29,041 nucleotides of DNA from a virus (taxonomy: Duplodnaviria > Caudoviricetes): IMG/VR virus record IMGVR_UViG_3300038674_000077, positions 1 through 29,041 of that record. One strand, 5' to 3'. Below are positions 26,161 to 29,041 of the stretch, piece after piece; the first letter of the stretch is position 1, and each line of letters starts with the position of its first letter. The notes beneath the pieces were generated by a model, which ran no database searches, was not told the origin of the DNA, and worked only from the letters and a program-made list of their open reading frames with translations. Both the position numbers and the translations under genes were made by a program.

Positions 26161-27930
26161 ATGGCAAAAAAGCGTAATGACATAGTACTGTCTCCGTTAG
26201 AGGACGGCAATCAAAGACTTGCAATCCGTTCTAATGCCGACATTGTATGTTTTACTGGCGGTACGGGTGGCGGTAAGTCCGTTGCTTTGTATTACGCGCC
26301 AATAGAACACCTTGCTATGAACGATAACGCAAAGATAGTTTGCTTTATGCGTAACGTATCGGACTTTTGGGGCGCAGGTAAGGTGAGTGACACACTAAAG
26401 AAAATGTACCCACTTATTGACCGTTCCGTAAAGAAACAACCACATGACCCGATAGGCGAAATTATCCGTAACCAAACGGATATGGGTATGAAACTTTACA
26501 ACGGTAGCGAGATAAAGTTCCAACAATTAGACAACGAGAACCCTATTGTTATTGATAAGATTGCCAAAGGTTTGCAAGCAAAGAAACTAATCTTTGACGA
26601 GTGCAATAAGTTCCTTTGGCGCACAATATCCGCTTTTTTTCCACGTTTGCGTAGTGATTCAAGCGGCAAGGCACAAATATATTTGGCACAAAACCCAGAG
26701 CGAGAATGTTTCATGCGTAAGATGTGTGGAAAAGGCGAGCACGGTGGTGGTTGGATTAACGATGACGGTACTGTTGACAAGTCAATGGACGGTGTTGTTA
26801 TGTTCTTTTGTATGCCGAATGGCGACCTTGACAAATGTGTTTGGGGTAGGACGAAACGCGAGGTGTACGAAAAGTGCAAAGACCATATAGATTCGCTTTT
26901 GGCCGTTGACCCCGATATGACATACGAGGATTTCATCCTTTCAATGGCTTTCTTTACATTTGATGTGCGCGATAACAAGAAAATGCTATCCAAGAATAAA
27001 GGTTATCGTGGTTTGGCCGCTAATAGTGCTACCGCAGCATCTGCCTATCAAGTCAATTGGAATTATTCGATTAACGACGATGAAGAAAATATTGATGACC
27101 TTGTAAACGTGGAACTTTCAAAAATGGACGTTGAAAGAATGTTTAGACCTAAAGACATTCCGCGTGATAGCGAACTTTTGAAACGCCGCATGACAATGGA
27201 TATGGCCACTACTGGTTTCGATAATCTTACTTTCAAATATTGGGAATTGTGGTCACATTACGGGTGGATTTGCCGCGATATTCGCTACTCGATGGATAAT
27301 AACAACCGCGAGGCCGTTATGATGGCAATGAATTTCCGCGATAAACACAACCTACAAGAAAGGGAAATGATTATCGACGTGCAAGGTTTCGGTTTCTTAA
27401 AAGAATGTTTCCCACGTGCCATATTGTTTAGTGGCGCAGGAACGCCGTCTAATCGCGGAAAGACACAATTTAGGACGCTGAAAGACGAGGCTGGACACGT
27501 GGCAATGGAAATGATACAATCGGGCTTGATTCACTACGAGCCGCAATTGGCCAATGCGCGTTACAATCATAAGAATATGAAACGCGAGGGCGGTACGACT
27601 TACTTAAAGCACATGGTGTTTGAAAGCCGTATATTCCAATTCAAGAAGCCCAATGGCCGCATAATGATGATGAACAAAGGGGATATGCACTCGTTGCTAA
27701 AGGGTATGTCACCCGACCTTTTCGATAACGTCATATTGCTTTGTGGTGGTAGTATCTACGATTGCCATAAAATGCTTAAAGAGGACGCAGGAATAATCCG
27801 CAAGCAATTACAAGCAGAGGATATGTTGGCGATGCTTAACGTGACGAATGAAAACTACGTTGACCCACGAATACACCGTAAAAAGATACGTAACGCAAGT
27901 GAAATATTAAATGTTTTAAGTACGATATAA
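26161..27930 (+). CDS. terL: Terminase large subunit
   Basis: Walker A GGTGGGKS, Walker B LIFDE, AQNP coupling motif, nuclease-domain TMDMATTGFD and SPDLFD; start re-called to ATG 26161. Confidence 0.9.
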   Translation: MAKKRNDIVLSPLEDGNQRLAIRSNADIVCFTGGTGGGKSVALYYAPIEHLAMNDNAKIVCFMRNVSDFWGAGKVSDTLKKMYPLIDRSVKKQPHDPIGEIIRNQTDMGMKLYNGSEIKFQQLDNENPIVIDKIAKGLQAKKLIFDECNKFLWRTISAFFPRLRSDSSGKAQIYLAQNPERECFMRKMCGKGEHGGGWINDDGTVDKSMDGVVMFFCMPNGDLDKCVWGRTKREVYEKCKDHIDSLLAVDPDMTYEDFILSMAFFTFDVRDNKKMLSKNKGYRGLAANSATAASAYQVNWNYSINDDEENIDDLVNVELSKMDVERMFRPKDIPRDSELLKRRMTMDMATTGFDNLTFKYWELWSHYGWICRDIRYSMDNNNREAVMMAMNFRDKHNLQEREMIIDVQGFGFLKECFPRAILFSGAGTPSNRGKTQFRTLKDEAGHVAMEMIQSGLIHYEPQLANARYNHKNMKREGGTTYLKHMVFESRIFQFKKPNGRIMMMNKGDMHSLLKGMSPDLFDNVILLCGGSIYDCHKMLKEDAGIIRKQLQAEDMLAMLNVTNENYVDPRIHRKKIRNASEILNVLSTI

Positions 27931-27932
27931 CG

Positions 27933-29041
27933 ATGATTAGACTACATGACATAAAATGGTTTCTTCAAGACCCTAATCGGCTTGTGAAAATGAAGCCTTT
28001 TACACGTGGCGGCAAAATGGTGCCTCATGGTTACGAGGGCGAGCCTATCTTGAATAACACAATCCTTGATACTGGCTTTGCAAACCTTGAACTTACGCCT
28101 ATTTCGCAAGACCGCTACATTACGGAATACAAGCCAGACTTGCATCACATTTTGTTGAACGAGTCAATCCCTCACATCAAAGTTAAAATCGACGGTACTC
28201 CGTTGAACTTTGGCATGATGGATATGACCCAAACGTGCTCGTTCCAAAAGTTGATTCACGCCGCTCATGTCCGTTCTCTTACGTCCAATCCATTGTTGTT
28301 TAACCTTGGTAAGAACGATGCCAAGAATGGCGGTATAGACCCGTTTGAAACCATTAAAGACGAATGGGGACAACGCAATCTTGATTGGCATCTCGCCCGT
28401 GCTATCAGCATTTGTAAGAAACTTGGTAACTGTGGCCTTTTGTTTAGTTTTGACAAGGAAACGGAAAAGACGGTCGTAACAACGTATAGTTATCGTGACG
28501 GCTATCAAATCGTACCTAACTATGACGAATACGGTTTTGAAGTTGCACGTTCTTTGGTGTATCAACTTGACGGCAAGACGATTATTGATACATACGATAA
28601 CAAAAAACATTACCGTTGCACACCATCCGATGACGGCAAGACGTGGAATATTCAAAGTGAAGTACACGGCTTTTCACGTTGTCCGCTTTTGCACCGACGC
28701 GAAACGGTTGCTTGGGAATACGCACAAAGTTCGTGCGAAATGTGGGAACTTATGGCGAACATCAACAATATTGCCTTGAAACGTTTTGGTACATTTGCCC
28801 TTGTGTTTACAGGTGAAATGGATGCCGATTCATTCAAGCGCGATAGTTCTACGTTGATTATCAACCTTTCAAGTGATACAACAGGGGGCAAGCAATCTGC
28901 CGAGGTATTGAAGATGCCAGAGCCTACAACGATGAATGATTATCTAAAGACTTTGGAGGAAAAGATTTCATTGTTCTCGTCTACATCTTTCATCACGCCA
29001 AAGGACATCTCTGCTACCAATAGTGGCGGTAATGGTATTGC
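27933..29041 (+). CDS. Portal protein, 3' truncated by window end (absent from ORF track)
   Basis: Frame from ATG 27933 (MIRLHDIKWFLQDPNRL...) reads open to the end; HGFSRCPLL resembles SPP1-type portal HxFGxxP; directly follows terL. Confidence 0.82.
   Translation, partial: MIRLHDIKWFLQDPNRLVKMKPFTRGGKMVPHGYEGEPILNNTILDTGFANLELTPISQDRYITEYKPDLHHILLNESIPHIKVKIDGTPLNFGMMDMTQTCSFQKLIHAAHVRSLTSNPLLFNLGKNDAKNGGIDPFETIKDEWGQRNLDWHLARAISICKKLGNCGLLFSFDKETEKTVVTTYSYRDGYQIVPNYDEYGFEVARSLVYQLDGKTIIDTYDNKKHYRCTPSDDGKTWNIQSEVHGFSRCPLLHRRETVAWEYAQSSCEMWELMANINNIALKRFGTFALVFTGEMDADSFKRDSSTLIINLSSDTTGGKQSAEVLKMPEPTTMNDYLKTLEEKISLFSSTSFITPKDISATNSGGNGI

Larger units (their letters stand above)
1..29041. 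mobile_element. Tailed phage genome segment, siphovirus-like, probable Bacteroidota host
   Basis: Terminase, portal, capsid, tail tube, tape measure and primase-helicase genes; no host housekeeping genes; Bacteroidota-type promoters; no sheath gene, integrase or DNA polymerase in the window. Confidence 0.95.

Noticed and set aside
27942-28891. Short ORFs listed after terL
   Set aside because: They overlap the real portal frame from 27933, which the track missed because it has no stop in the window
1-29041. Stop-codon reassignment, diversity-generating retroelement, tRNAs, introns or inteins
   Set aside because: Genes tile densely in the standard code; no reverse transcriptase, template/variable repeat pair, cloverleaf or interrupted core gene was seen

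Overview
The whole window is part of a tailed dsDNA phage genome with a siphovirus-type gene set, most likely infecting Bacteroidota: it has TAnnTTTG/TTTG promoters and a DUF3127 gene. The + strand from about 0.7 to 12.4 kb is an early/replication arm (MazG-like protein, DUF3127, replication-initiator-like protein, NUMOD4-HNH, AEP primase-SF4 helicase fusion, DUF1599, SSB-like protein). The - strand from 12.5 to 26 kb is a head/tail operon (scaffold, decoration, capsid, connectors, tail tube, frameshifting chaperone, tape measure). Terminase and a partial portal gene are transcribed divergently from about 26.1 kb. The best candidate for an undescribed system is a tightly coupled four-gene cassette at 2646-6388: a helical partner protein, a CofD/YvcK-HAD fusion, a nucleotidyltransferase and a GREB1/TAGT-like glycosyltransferase. 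Its first and last proteins carry beta-clamp-binding-like peptides, suggesting replication-coupled DNA hypermodification with a phage-made activated donor. Other signals: a pseudoknotted leader RNA ahead of an HNH-AP2 gene, a family of dispersed ~100-nt hairpins, an iteron-like repeat, and apparent GATC avoidance. All family calls come from motif recognition by eye; no searches were run.
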